A DNA stretch of 64,000 nucleotides, taken from the NCBI GenBank assembly GCA_965216755.1, contig CBDCGL010000011.1, positions 3,136,001-3,200,000 of the forward strand, read 5' to 3'. Within the stretch, counting starts at the first letter, position 1. Every line of letters begins with the position of its first letter. Below are positions 53,747-61,805 of this stretch, piece by piece. Under the pieces are notes generated by a model. The model did not search any database and was not told where the DNA came from. It saw only the letters and a program-made list of their open reading frames with translations. The stretch comes from Alphaproteobacteria bacterium (GTDB lineage Bacteria > Pseudomonadota > Alphaproteobacteria > UBA7887). Both the position numbers and the translations under genes were made by a program.

Positions 53747-53995
53747 ATGGTACCTGCCAAATCCGCCGATCGCGTGCTGGATATCACCGAATATGTCTGC
53801 CCGATGACCTTTGTGCGCACAAAATTGGCCATCGAGCAAATGGCCTCGGGCGCGCTGCTGGAAGTGCGCTTGCGCCGCGGCGAACCGCTCGAAAACGTGC
53901 CTCGGTCAGTACGCGAAATGGGCCATGAAGTCATTGCCTTGGAACCGGAACCCGGCGACAGCGACATTTTCCGTCTAAAGATCCGTATTCGCTAG
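53747..53995 (+). CDS. tusA: TusA/SirA-family sulfur carrier
   Basis: LDIT..VCPMTFVRTKL, EPLENVPRS; alternative start at 53720. Confidence 0.88.
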   Translation: MVPAKSADRVLDITEYVCPMTFVRTKLAIEQMASGALLEVRLRRGEPLENVPRSVREMGHEVIALEPEPGDSDIFRLKIRIR

Positions 53996-54451
53996 GTCGC
54001 GCCGCAAGACACGCGCGCCGATCGCCGGCAACCCGCGGCGCCGATAATACGCCGCGCGGCGTCCAACTTCGGTGAAACCCGCAGCCTTGTACAAGTCCGC
54101 GGCCGCGTGGTTATCGTCACCAACTTCCAGAAAGATCTCTTTCGCACCGCAGCCGCGCGCTTCGGCCAATGTCTTGACGACCAGTCGGCGCGCCAACCCC
54201 CGACGGCGGTGGCCAACATCAACCGCAAGCGACAACAGCTCGGCCTGATCGGCCGCAACCCGCCCTATCGCATAGCCGAACAGACCGCGATCCCACCCCA
54301 CGGCCGTGCCAAACGTGCCGGCGGTCGCAAAGATTCGCGCCACGGCGTCAACCGACCAGGCTTCGTCAAAACTCGCCGCGTGCAAAGCCGCGATCGCCGT
54401 CAGGTCATTCGCGGTGATCGGCCAAAGCACAAGTGTTTGGTCAATCGCCAT
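53975..54451 (-). CDS. rimI: RimI-like GNAT acetyltransferase
   Basis: AELLSLAV...RRRGLA, FLEV..DN.AA..LY...GF..VGRR..YY. Confidence 0.9.
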   Translation of the reverse strand: MAIDQTLVLWPITANDLTAIAALHAASFDEAWSVDAVARIFATAGTFGTAVGWDRGLFGYAIGRVAADQAELLSLAVDVGHRRRGLARRLVVKTLAEARGCGAKEIFLEVGDDNHAAADLYKAAGFTEVGRRAAYYRRRGLPAIGARVLRRDLANTDL

Positions 54452-55223
54452 GGCCCGACGCGCCTCCGCGCGGCACCGCATCGGGCGCGCACGTTGCTTG
54501 GTTCGTTGCGCGCGGCACCGCATCGGGCGCGCGCGTTGCTTGGTTCGTTGCGCGCGGCACCGCATCGGGCGCGCGCAAGTAAACCGGCCGTACGGTGTCG
54601 GCGGGTTGCGGCGTGCGGGCCGCGGCGAGACGCGCCACCGTCGACGCGTCGGGAGGCACGTCGCCGACTGCGACCGTTCCCGCCGTCATGAACGGGACCA
54701 ATAAGTGCGCCCCGCTGCCAACCACCGCCGCGACACCGCCCGTGCACAGGGCCGCCGCGGCCGGAGCCGCCAGCGCCGCCGCTTCAGATAGCATCGTGCC
54801 TGCACAATCAAAGACCTGGGCGTAGACCTGACCGCGACGGGCATCCATGGCCGCCATCAACCCGCGGTCGCAGTCGGCCGGCACCAGTTCTTGGTCGATC
54901 GCGGCGCCGGCGATCGCTTCCAGGGTCGAAATCGGCACGAGCGGCTTGCGCGACGCCAGTGCGAGGCCACGGGCCGCCGCGACGCCGATACGCAGACCGG
55001 TAAACGTGCCGGGCCCGGCTGTCACCGCGATCGCCGTCAATGTGTCATAGGTCACGGCGGCTTCGCCCATGACATCGACAATCATGGGCATCAACGTTTC
55101 GGCATGGCCGCGCTGTTGGCGCACGAGCCGATGTGCGGCGACGGCACCATCACGCCATACCGCCGCAGAACACGCCTCAGCGGCGGTGTCGAGGGCCAAA
55201 ATCCGTGCCTTACCTGTGGTCAC
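54441..55223 (-). CDS. tsaB: tRNA t6A biosynthesis protein TsaB
   Basis: LALDTA...CSAA, GHAE.L, GPGTFTGLRIG, DARRGQVY, P.YLRAPDA. Confidence 0.94.
   Translation of the reverse strand: MTTGKARILALDTAAEACSAAVWRDGAVAAHRLVRQQRGHAETLMPMIVDVMGEAAVTYDTLTAIAVTAGPGTFTGLRIGVAAARGLALASRKPLVPISTLEAIAGAAIDQELVPADCDRGLMAAMDARRGQVYAQVFDCAGTMLSEAAALAAPAAAALCTGGVAAVVGSGAHLLVPFMTAGTVAVGDVPPDASTVARLAAARTPQPADTVRPVYLRAPDAVPRATNQATRAPDAVPRATNQATCAPDAVPRGGASGHGD
54467..54576. repeat. About 2.6 x 42-bp in-frame tandem repeat at the tsaB 3' end
   Basis: 42-bp period (CGGCACCGCA at 54471, 54513, 54555); protein RAPDAVPRATNQAT; one mismatch between copies. Confidence 0.93.
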
Positions 55224-55279
55224 CCGTCGCCCATGCTAAATATCAACTTAGAACAGTCTCCAAACCTGTACCGCCGGAC

Positions 55280-55828
55280 ATGCTGGTTCCAATTTCGCCG
55301 CCCCACTTCGACATCGACCTGGCGCTGGCTTACGCAACGCCGGACAATTTTACCGGCGCCCCCGTCTATCGGGCCGCCCATTGCTTTCTTCACGAGCAGG
55401 CCGCGGAAAGACTCCAGCGTGCCATTACGCTCGCCGACGCACTCGGCTATCGGTTCCGCGTCTTTGACGCGTTTCGGCCGTGCGAGGCCCAGTGGCGCTT
55501 GTGGAATCACACGCCGGACCCCGATTTTTTGGCCGATCCGCGCCGCGGCTCACCGCATTCGCGCGGCGTCGCGATCGACCTGACTTTGATCGACAGTGCC
55601 GGCCAACAGCTGGAAATGGGCACGCCATTCGACCACTTTAGCCCCAGATCTTATCACGGTGATTTGGCTGTGCCCCAAGGGGCACAACATAATCGCATGA
55701 TTCTATTGGGAATTATGTCTGCGGCTGGGTGGGATTTTTACAGCAAGGAATGGTGGCATTATCAATTGTTCAATGCCCGACGCTTCCCGGTGCTCAGCGA
55801 CAGCGCCGCCGGCAGCGCCATGATGTAG
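55280..55828 (+). CDS. ddpX: D-alanyl-D-alanine dipeptidase (VanX/DdpX)
   Basis: YAT.DNFTG, DAFRP, SPHSRGVAIDLT, MGTPFD, EWWHY. Confidence 0.94.
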   Translation: MLVPISPPHFDIDLALAYATPDNFTGAPVYRAAHCFLHEQAAERLQRAITLADALGYRFRVFDAFRPCEAQWRLWNHTPDPDFLADPRRGSPHSRGVAIDLTLIDSAGQQLEMGTPFDHFSPRSYHGDLAVPQGAQHNRMILLGIMSAAGWDFYSKEWWHYQLFNARRFPVLSDSAAGSAMM

Positions 55829-55848
55829 GGCCGCGCCAACAACAGCCG

Positions 55849-56442
55849 TCAGACGATTTGGCACACCTCGTCGAAATCGAAACGCGGGCTGCGGTCGAAC
55901 AAGCCGCTCGGATCACCATGGCCAAGGGCGATCAGGAAATTCGAACGCACGGTCGTGCCGGCAAAAAAAGCCGCGTCCACAGCAGCATTGTCGAAACCGG
56001 ACATGGGGCCGCAATCGAGCCCCAGCGCCCGCGCGGCGATAACGAAATAGGCACCTTGCAGGGTGCCATTGCGAAACGCCGTCGTGCGAATATGCGCGTC
56101 CTTGCCGACAAACCACGATCGTGCGTCGGTGTGCGGGAACAGCTTCGGCAGCGACTCGTAGAACGCCAGGTCATGGCCGACGATGACGGTGACCGGCGCG
56201 GTCATGGTCTTTTCCGCATTACCTTCCGAGAGACAGGGCTTTAGCTTGGCCTTGGCCGCGGCGCTGCGCACAAAGACGAAACGGGCCGGGCTCGAATTGG
56301 CGCTGGTCGGCGCCATTTTCATCAGGTCGAAGATGGCTCGCAACTGATCATCGCTGACCGGATCGGGGCGCCATTTGTTTTGGGTGCGCGCATCACGAAA
56401 GATAATATCCAACGCGCCATCATCAACCATCGGCCGTTCCAT
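55849..56442 (-). CDS. rutE: RutE-like nitroreductase (malonic semialdehyde reductase)
   Basis: [38 protein letters not shown]. Confidence 0.88.
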   Translation of the reverse strand: MERPMVDDGALDIIFRDARTQNKWRPDPVSDDQLRAIFDLMKMAPTSANSSPARFVFVRSAAAKAKLKPCLSEGNAEKTMTAPVTVIVGHDLAFYESLPKLFPHTDARSWFVGKDAHIRTTAFRNGTLQGAYFVIAARALGLDCGPMSGFDNAAVDAAFFAGTTVRSNFLIALGHGDPSGLFDRSPRFDFDEVCQIV

Positions 56443-56475
56443 CAAGCCCCCCAAACAAATACCCACTTCGGACCG

Positions 56476-57024
56476 TCAGTAGACGGCGCGCACCTCGATC
56501 ACTTCAGGCAAATAATGGCGCAGCAGGTTCTCGATACCGTGCTTCAAGGTGATCGTTGAACTGGGGCAGCCGGAACAGGCGCCATGCATTTCCAACAACA
56601 CAATGCCGTCTTGAAAGCCGTGGAACACGATGTCGCCCCCGTCTTGCGCCACCGCCGGACGGACCCGCGTGTCCAACAGCTCTTTGATCTGCGAGACCAC
56701 TTCCGAATCGTCGTCTGTGCCACGCGCCGCGCCGGCCGTGTCGAGCATAAGCGGCACGCCCGAGACGAAATGTTCCATGATCACACCCAAAACGGCGGGC
56801 TTGAGAACCGGCCACTCATGGTCGTCGTTTTTTGTGACGGTGATAAAGTCAGAACCAAAGAAAACACCGGTCACGCCTTCGATACCAAACAGCCGCTCGG
56901 CCAATGGTGAACGGGTCGCCGCATCAGCTTCAGTAAAGTTCGCCGTCCCGTCGTTCATCACCGGCTTGCCCGGCATGAACTTCAAAGTCGCCGGATTTGG
57001 CGTCACTTCGGTCTGGATAAACAT
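56476..57024 (-). CDS. NifU/Nfu-type Fe-S carrier
   Basis: MFIQTE.TPNPATLKF.PG, RPAVAQDGGDI, GACSGCPSS. Confidence 0.93.
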   Translation of the reverse strand: MFIQTEVTPNPATLKFMPGKPVMNDGTANFTEADAATRSPLAERLFGIEGVTGVFFGSDFITVTKNDDHEWPVLKPAVLGVIMEHFVSGVPLMLDTAGAARGTDDDSEVVSQIKELLDTRVRPAVAQDGGDIVFHGFQDGIVLLEMHGACSGCPSSTITLKHGIENLLRHYLPEVIEVRAVY

Positions 57025-57138
57025 GCGATCCTCCTCAGCCGCGCGCGGCACGTGTTACGCGCAGCCTTATAGCACAATCTTTACCAAATTAGTTGGGAAT
57101 GTCGCGCGCCGCGTCAAGCTCCTGTGATCGTCGACTCA

Positions 57139-57642
57139 TCACGTCATCGCCGCCAACTGTGCGTCGGTCAAATCGCCGGGCACGATGGTCAATGGAATGC
57201 GCAATCGCTTGGTCAGTTCCGACGTCAACAGGCGTACCAACTCATTGCTGCCCTTGCCCTCGGGCGCCGCGCCCAGGACCATGATATTGACGCTTGGATC
57301 CTCGGCGATCAATTTCAGGATTTCCTCACCTTTGCGTCCTTGGCGCACATGCAAAACCGGGCGCATGCCGGCACATTCGTGCACTTCGGCGGCCAATTCC
57401 TGAAGAATGCGCTCGGCCTCCTCGCGTCGCTCTTCCTCCATCAGCTTGCCGACCGACATCCAATGCTGGAAATCGGCTGGCTCGATCACGTAGAGCAACG
57501 CCACATAGCCGCCCGAATTGCGCGCCCGGCGACAGGCAAAACGCATCGCCACGCGGCAATCTGGGCTCTCGTCGACACAGACCAGGAATTTCACTTTGCC
57601 TGGTTCGTGGTCCGCGCCGGTTGCCGAAGTGTCTTCGCTCAT
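57139..57642 (-). CDS. Universal stress protein
   Basis: KFLVCVDESP...AMRFA, VLGA, IPLTIVPG. Confidence 0.9.
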   Translation of the reverse strand: MSEDTSATGADHEPGKVKFLVCVDESPDCRVAMRFACRRARNSGGYVALLYVIEPADFQHWMSVGKLMEEERREEAERILQELAAEVHECAGMRPVLHVRQGRKGEEILKLIAEDPSVNIMVLGAAPEGKGSNELVRLLTSELTKRLRIPLTIVPGDLTDAQLAAMT

Positions 57643-57644
57643 AC

Positions 57645-58427
57645 CTATGCCTTACGGAACGCCAAATGCGCGAACCATCCTGCCATCAATGCCACAACCA
57701 CAGCAAGCAAACCATAGGCCAGCGACTGCTGGTTCGCAAAACTGTACAACGCTGCCTCGATTCCGGTTTTCGAGACCTCCAGCCGCGTCGATAGCTTGCT
57801 TACGACTTTGCCGCCATTGAACAAATAGACTTCGGCGCGATATTGTCCGATCGGCACATTGGCCGGAAAATGAAAAGTGGTGCGAAACAACCGTTCGCCG
57901 ATAAACGTGACGCTGCCTTCGCCGGGCGCGTACAGCCCTTCGCGCCGTTTGCTGCGGATCAGCGCGTCGCGAAAGATCTGTACTTCGGCGGTGTCGATGG
58001 ACTCGCGGGGCCGTAACGGCAGATTTTCGACGCCGATCTCGTGGACAGGATAGGTCGCGTCGCCACCGATGTCGCCAAGCGGCCGCGACGCCGCCAACGC
58101 ATAATAACCAGGCACATTGGAAAACCATACCCGGTCGCGATTGATCCAGACGCCGACCGTGCGTGCTTTGCGCCGAACGACAGTATCTTCGGCGGGCCCA
58201 CGCAGCACAACAACCACATCGCCATCGCCTTCCTTGGCGCCAAACAGCAACACGTCCGCACCCGTGAAACGGGAATGGATTGAGATCAAGTGCTGGCCCA
58301 AATCGGCGCTAATATAGTCGCTGCCAGCCGCCCGGGCAGCACCGTGGCCCCACGAAAGTGCCGACAGACCGGCCCAAATTGCGGCCACCGTCGTGCGCAT
58401 ACGCCGTGCGCGCGCTTGGCCGGTCAT
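57645..58427 (-). CDS. TIGR02186 family membrane protein
   Basis: I.SRFTGA..LLFG, VRRKAR..GVWIN, LFRT...FPANVP.G.Y; follows TauE. Confidence 0.85.
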   Translation of the reverse strand: MTGQARARRMRTTVAAIWAGLSALSWGHGAARAAGSDYISADLGQHLISIHSRFTGADVLLFGAKEGDGDVVVVLRGPAEDTVVRRKARTVGVWINRDRVWFSNVPGYYALAASRPLGDIGGDATYPVHEIGVENLPLRPRESIDTAEVQIFRDALIRSKRREGLYAPGEGSVTFIGERLFRTTFHFPANVPIGQYRAEVYLFNGGKVVSKLSTRLEVSKTGIEAALYSFANQQSLAYGLLAVVVALMAGWFAHLAFRKA

Positions 58428-59344
58428 CCGCCAATCGCCCGCGCGGTCACCGAGAAAGGATCGGCCGGTGTCGCCACCAGGTCATAGGCGAGCTTGACGC
58501 ACACAGCCAACACCAACAACGCCAACAAGCCGCGCAATTGTTCGCCGCGCAAAACCGTGCTGACGCGGCTGCCGAACTGGGCACCGACCACGGCGCCGAG
58601 CAACAACAACAAGGCCAACAACACATCGACGGTTTGATTGGTCACGGCGTGCATAATCGTGGTGCCGGACGTGACAAACAGAATTTGAAACAGCGACGTT
58701 CCCACCACCACTGTGGTCGGCATGCCGAGCAAATAAATCATTGCCGGGATCATGATAAAGCCGCCACCAACGCCCATGATCGCCGCCAACACGCCAACAA
58801 AAAAGCCAATTCCGATCGGTAGCAAGGCACTGATATAAAGCTTGGATTTGCGAAACCGCATTTTCAGCGGCAATCCGTGGATCCAATAATGCTGATGCAG
58901 TTTGCGGCGGGTACCGCCGCGGCGCCGGCGCAATATGGTGCCCAGGCTCTCAAAGGCCATCAAGGCCCCAATCGTGCCAAGGAAAATCACGAAGGATAGC
59001 GAGATGACCATGTCGATTTGACCGACGGCGCGCAACACGCGAAACACCAGAACGCCGCAACCGGCCCCGAACAAGCCACCGATCAGCAACACGCCGCCCA
59101 TTTTGAAATCGACGTTGCCGCGCCGCCAATGGGCCAACACGCCCGACACCGACGCCGCCGCGATCTGGTTCGCTTCGGTGGCCACCGCCACCGCCGGCGG
59201 CACGCCGATAAACATCAACAAAGGTGTCATCAGAAACCCGCCGCCGACACCGAACATGCCGGACAGGAAGCCGACGCCGCCGCCCATGCCGACCAACAGA
59301 AACACATTGACCGACATTTCGGCGATGGGCAGGTAAATATCCAT
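58424..59344 (-). CDS. TauE/SafE sulfite exporter family protein
   Basis: MDIYLPIAE, GMFGVGGGFLMTP, MGVGGGF, VGTSLFQ. Confidence 0.92.
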   Translation of the reverse strand: MDIYLPIAEMSVNVFLLVGMGGGVGFLSGMFGVGGGFLMTPLLMFIGVPPAVAVATEANQIAAASVSGVLAHWRRGNVDFKMGGVLLIGGLFGAGCGVLVFRVLRAVGQIDMVISLSFVIFLGTIGALMAFESLGTILRRRRGGTRRKLHQHYWIHGLPLKMRFRKSKLYISALLPIGIGFFVGVLAAIMGVGGGFIMIPAMIYLLGMPTTVVVGTSLFQILFVTSGTTIMHAVTNQTVDVLLALLLLLGAVVGAQFGSRVSTVLRGEQLRGLLALLVLAVCVKLAYDLVATPADPFSVTARAIGG

Positions 59345-59440
59345 GAATGGAATCGTTCGGTGGCGTTGGCTGGTGGGGGATTAGTGCGCCGAGCCCGGCC
59401 GCGGTTCAAGTCGTTTCTTGGTCGCGCCGGCGCGATACGC

Positions 59441-60508
59441 CTATTTGAGCAAAATGTTGGTGATCTCGCGCAGTTGCGTGCGGGCGCGCATCAGATAAAA
59501 GCCCTGGGCGACAAGGTGGCTCGGCACCGCGCCGTCGGGCGCGCCGGAGAGCACAAACAAGGGATCCAACGCAACCGCTTCGCGCAAGCTTTGCGACATC
59601 TGCTCCCAGGCCGCATCCAGCTGACGCTCGGCAATGAGCGGGCCGAAATCCTCGCTCAAAGCCTGAAGGATCATCAGATACCCATAGAGACGCCCCTTGA
59701 CGCTGTAAAAGACGTCATCGGAACGGGTATCGAGAAACGGGTTGCCCTGACTGCGCACATGGCGATCGATCTCCGCCGACGCCGAGCCGATATCGGCGGC
59801 GAACCGGTCCAACGTGCCCAACAAATTGTCGGCGCGGCGATCAAAGACGGCATCGCCATTTGCCAGGCGCACATTGTATTCGCGCAGCAAAGTGATGGCG
59901 CGCCGGTAATGTTGTTCAGTGGTTGCGGTCGGCAATAGGGAAATCGACAGATCCCAAACCCACACGTCGGTCGGAAACTTCAATTCGCCGGCGGCCGCGT
60001 CCAAATCCGGATCGGCACGGCTGGAGCCACGCGTGCGCCCAATCTGATCGGTCAGCTCGATAGCGAAACGAAACAGCGCCGTCAGCAGACCGCGCTGATA
60101 GTTGGGCATATTGTCGAGCGGCGCCGACCCATAGAAGAACGGGTTGTTGGGCACCCAGCCGGCGTCGTTCACTTGCCGATCGACCAGGGCGGCGGTCATG
60201 TCGACAGTGACACTGCCGCCCGGTGTCTGCTGGTCCTCGGCCGGCCAAAAGTCGAGGTCGTCGTCGATCCGATGGGTGATGATCATCCCCAGCGGGTAGT
60301 AAACGACCATGATCAGCAAGATCGGCCAGACCAGCCACCGCCACCAACGCCAGCGCCGCACGGCGCCCAACAATCGGGGCCGCGTGGGCGCGTCGTCTTC
60401 CAGGGCCGCCGCACTGCTGCGCTCCAGATCGCCTTCGGCGCCGCTCTGGTCGCCATTCTTGGACGGCCGCGACGGCAAATTCGTTTCGTCGAACACCGCC
60501 ACCCCCAT
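59441..60508 (-). CDS. DUF2333 family membrane-anchored protein
   Basis: LDNMPNYQRG, RGSS..DPDL..A, FDRRADNL, DDVFY..KG, YLMRA; family assignment from memory. Confidence 0.7.
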   Translation of the reverse strand: MGVAVFDETNLPSRPSKNGDQSGAEGDLERSSAAALEDDAPTRPRLLGAVRRWRWWRWLVWPILLIMVVYYPLGMIITHRIDDDLDFWPAEDQQTPGGSVTVDMTAALVDRQVNDAGWVPNNPFFYGSAPLDNMPNYQRGLLTALFRFAIELTDQIGRTRGSSRADPDLDAAAGELKFPTDVWVWDLSISLLPTATTEQHYRRAITLLREYNVRLANGDAVFDRRADNLLGTLDRFAADIGSASAEIDRHVRSQGNPFLDTRSDDVFYSVKGRLYGYLMILQALSEDFGPLIAERQLDAAWEQMSQSLREAVALDPLFVLSGAPDGAVPSHLVAQGFYLMRARTQLREITNILLK

Positions 60509-60595
60509 CGGTTACGTTAGGCGTTCAAGGTCCTTTAAACGTGGGTCTTCGGCAACGCGGCATCAACCGATCGCCGACCGCATTAGGGGTTTCTT

Positions 60596-61639
60596 TTAGC
60601 CGCGGCCGCCGACGCTCAAAAATCCAACGATGTCGCGCAACTCGGCCATGATCGGATCGGCGATGGCGCGCGCCCGCACGGCGCCGTCGGCCAGCACCGA
60701 GTCGACATAGTCCGGATCCGCCATCAAACGTTGCATTTCCGTGCCGATGGGGCCGAGTGACTCAACCGCGATCTCCGACAGCTCGCGCTTAAAATCGCTA
60801 AACTGCTGTCCCCCGACGCTGCTCGCGACCTCGGCCAAGGTGCGATGGGTCAGCGCCGCGAACATTGACACCAAATTGACAGCCTCCGGCCGAGCCTGAA
60901 GCACCGCGGCTTTGAAATCGTTGCCCGCATCGTTCAGTGTTTCGGGTCCGGGCAGCGGCTCCGGATCGGTCTTGGCCTTGCGGATTTTCTTGGCGATGTC
61001 ATCGGGACCATCGGTGAGATTGATGCGGGAATAATCGGACGGATCCGACTTCGACATCTTCTTGGCGCCATCGCGCAAGCTCATAATGCGTGTCGCCGGT
61101 CCTTGGATCAGGGGTTCGACAATCGGGAAGAAATCGACGCCGAAATCGCTGTTGAATTTCTGTGCAACATCGCGGGTGAGTTCCAAATGCTGCTTTTGGT
61201 CCTCGCCGACCGGCACATGGGTCGCGCGATAGGCCAAAATGTCGGCGGCCATCAGACATGGATAGACATAGAGGCCAACCGAGGCGTTTTCGCGATGTTT
61301 GCCGGCCTTTTCCTTGAATTGCGTCATGCGGTTGAGCCAACCGATGCGGGCGACGCAATTGAACACCCACGCGAGCTCGGCATGCGCCGCGACCTGGCTT
61401 TGATTGAAAATTATGCTGGTGGCCGGGTCGATACCGGCAGCCAAGAACGCCGCCGTCACTTCGCGCGTGCTGGCGCGCAGGGCTGCCGGATCTTGCGGCA
61501 CGGTGATGGCGTGCATATCGACCACGCAATAGATGCATTCATATTCCGCCTGTAGACCGACGAAATTCCGAATCGCTCCGAGATAATTGCCCAGGTGCAA
61601 ATTGCCGGTCGGCTGGACGCCCGAAAAGATCCGACCCAT
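60596..61639 (-). CDS. trpS: Tryptophan--tRNA ligase
   Basis: [33 protein letters not shown]. Confidence 0.97.
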   Translation of the reverse strand: MGRIFSGVQPTGNLHLGNYLGAIRNFVGLQAEYECIYCVVDMHAITVPQDPAALRASTREVTAAFLAAGIDPATSIIFNQSQVAAHAELAWVFNCVARIGWLNRMTQFKEKAGKHRENASVGLYVYPCLMAADILAYRATHVPVGEDQKQHLELTRDVAQKFNSDFGVDFFPIVEPLIQGPATRIMSLRDGAKKMSKSDPSDYSRINLTDGPDDIAKKIRKAKTDPEPLPGPETLNDAGNDFKAAVLQARPEAVNLVSMFAALTHRTLAEVASSVGGQQFSDFKRELSEIAVESLGPIGTEMQRLMADPDYVDSVLADGAVRARAIADPIMAELRDIVGFLSVGGRG

Positions 61640-61805
61640 GACGCCGACCTTCCTGTGTCTGAAGAGAAATCTGCGGCACAGGGGTTTATCGGCTCCGGCG
61701 ACTGTCGTCAACGCGCCGACTTCTTGCAGATGAAGAAAATGACCCGTCGCAGTGGGCGCTTGTGTTAGGTTTTCGGCCCCCAGAAAGCCCATCGTTCAGG
61801 ACTTC

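Noticed and set aside
54467-54576. Possible mini-CRISPR
   Set aside because: The intervening segments are near-identical, it lies within a CDS, and there are no cas genes; it is a tandem repeat
55246-55265. ICE-like CTTAGAACAGTCTCCAA between tsaB and ddpX
   Set aside because: Only one half-site matches
59370-59415. tRNA-like GGTTCAAGTC
   Set aside because: No cloverleaf; more likely the -35 region of the tauE promoter on the minus strand
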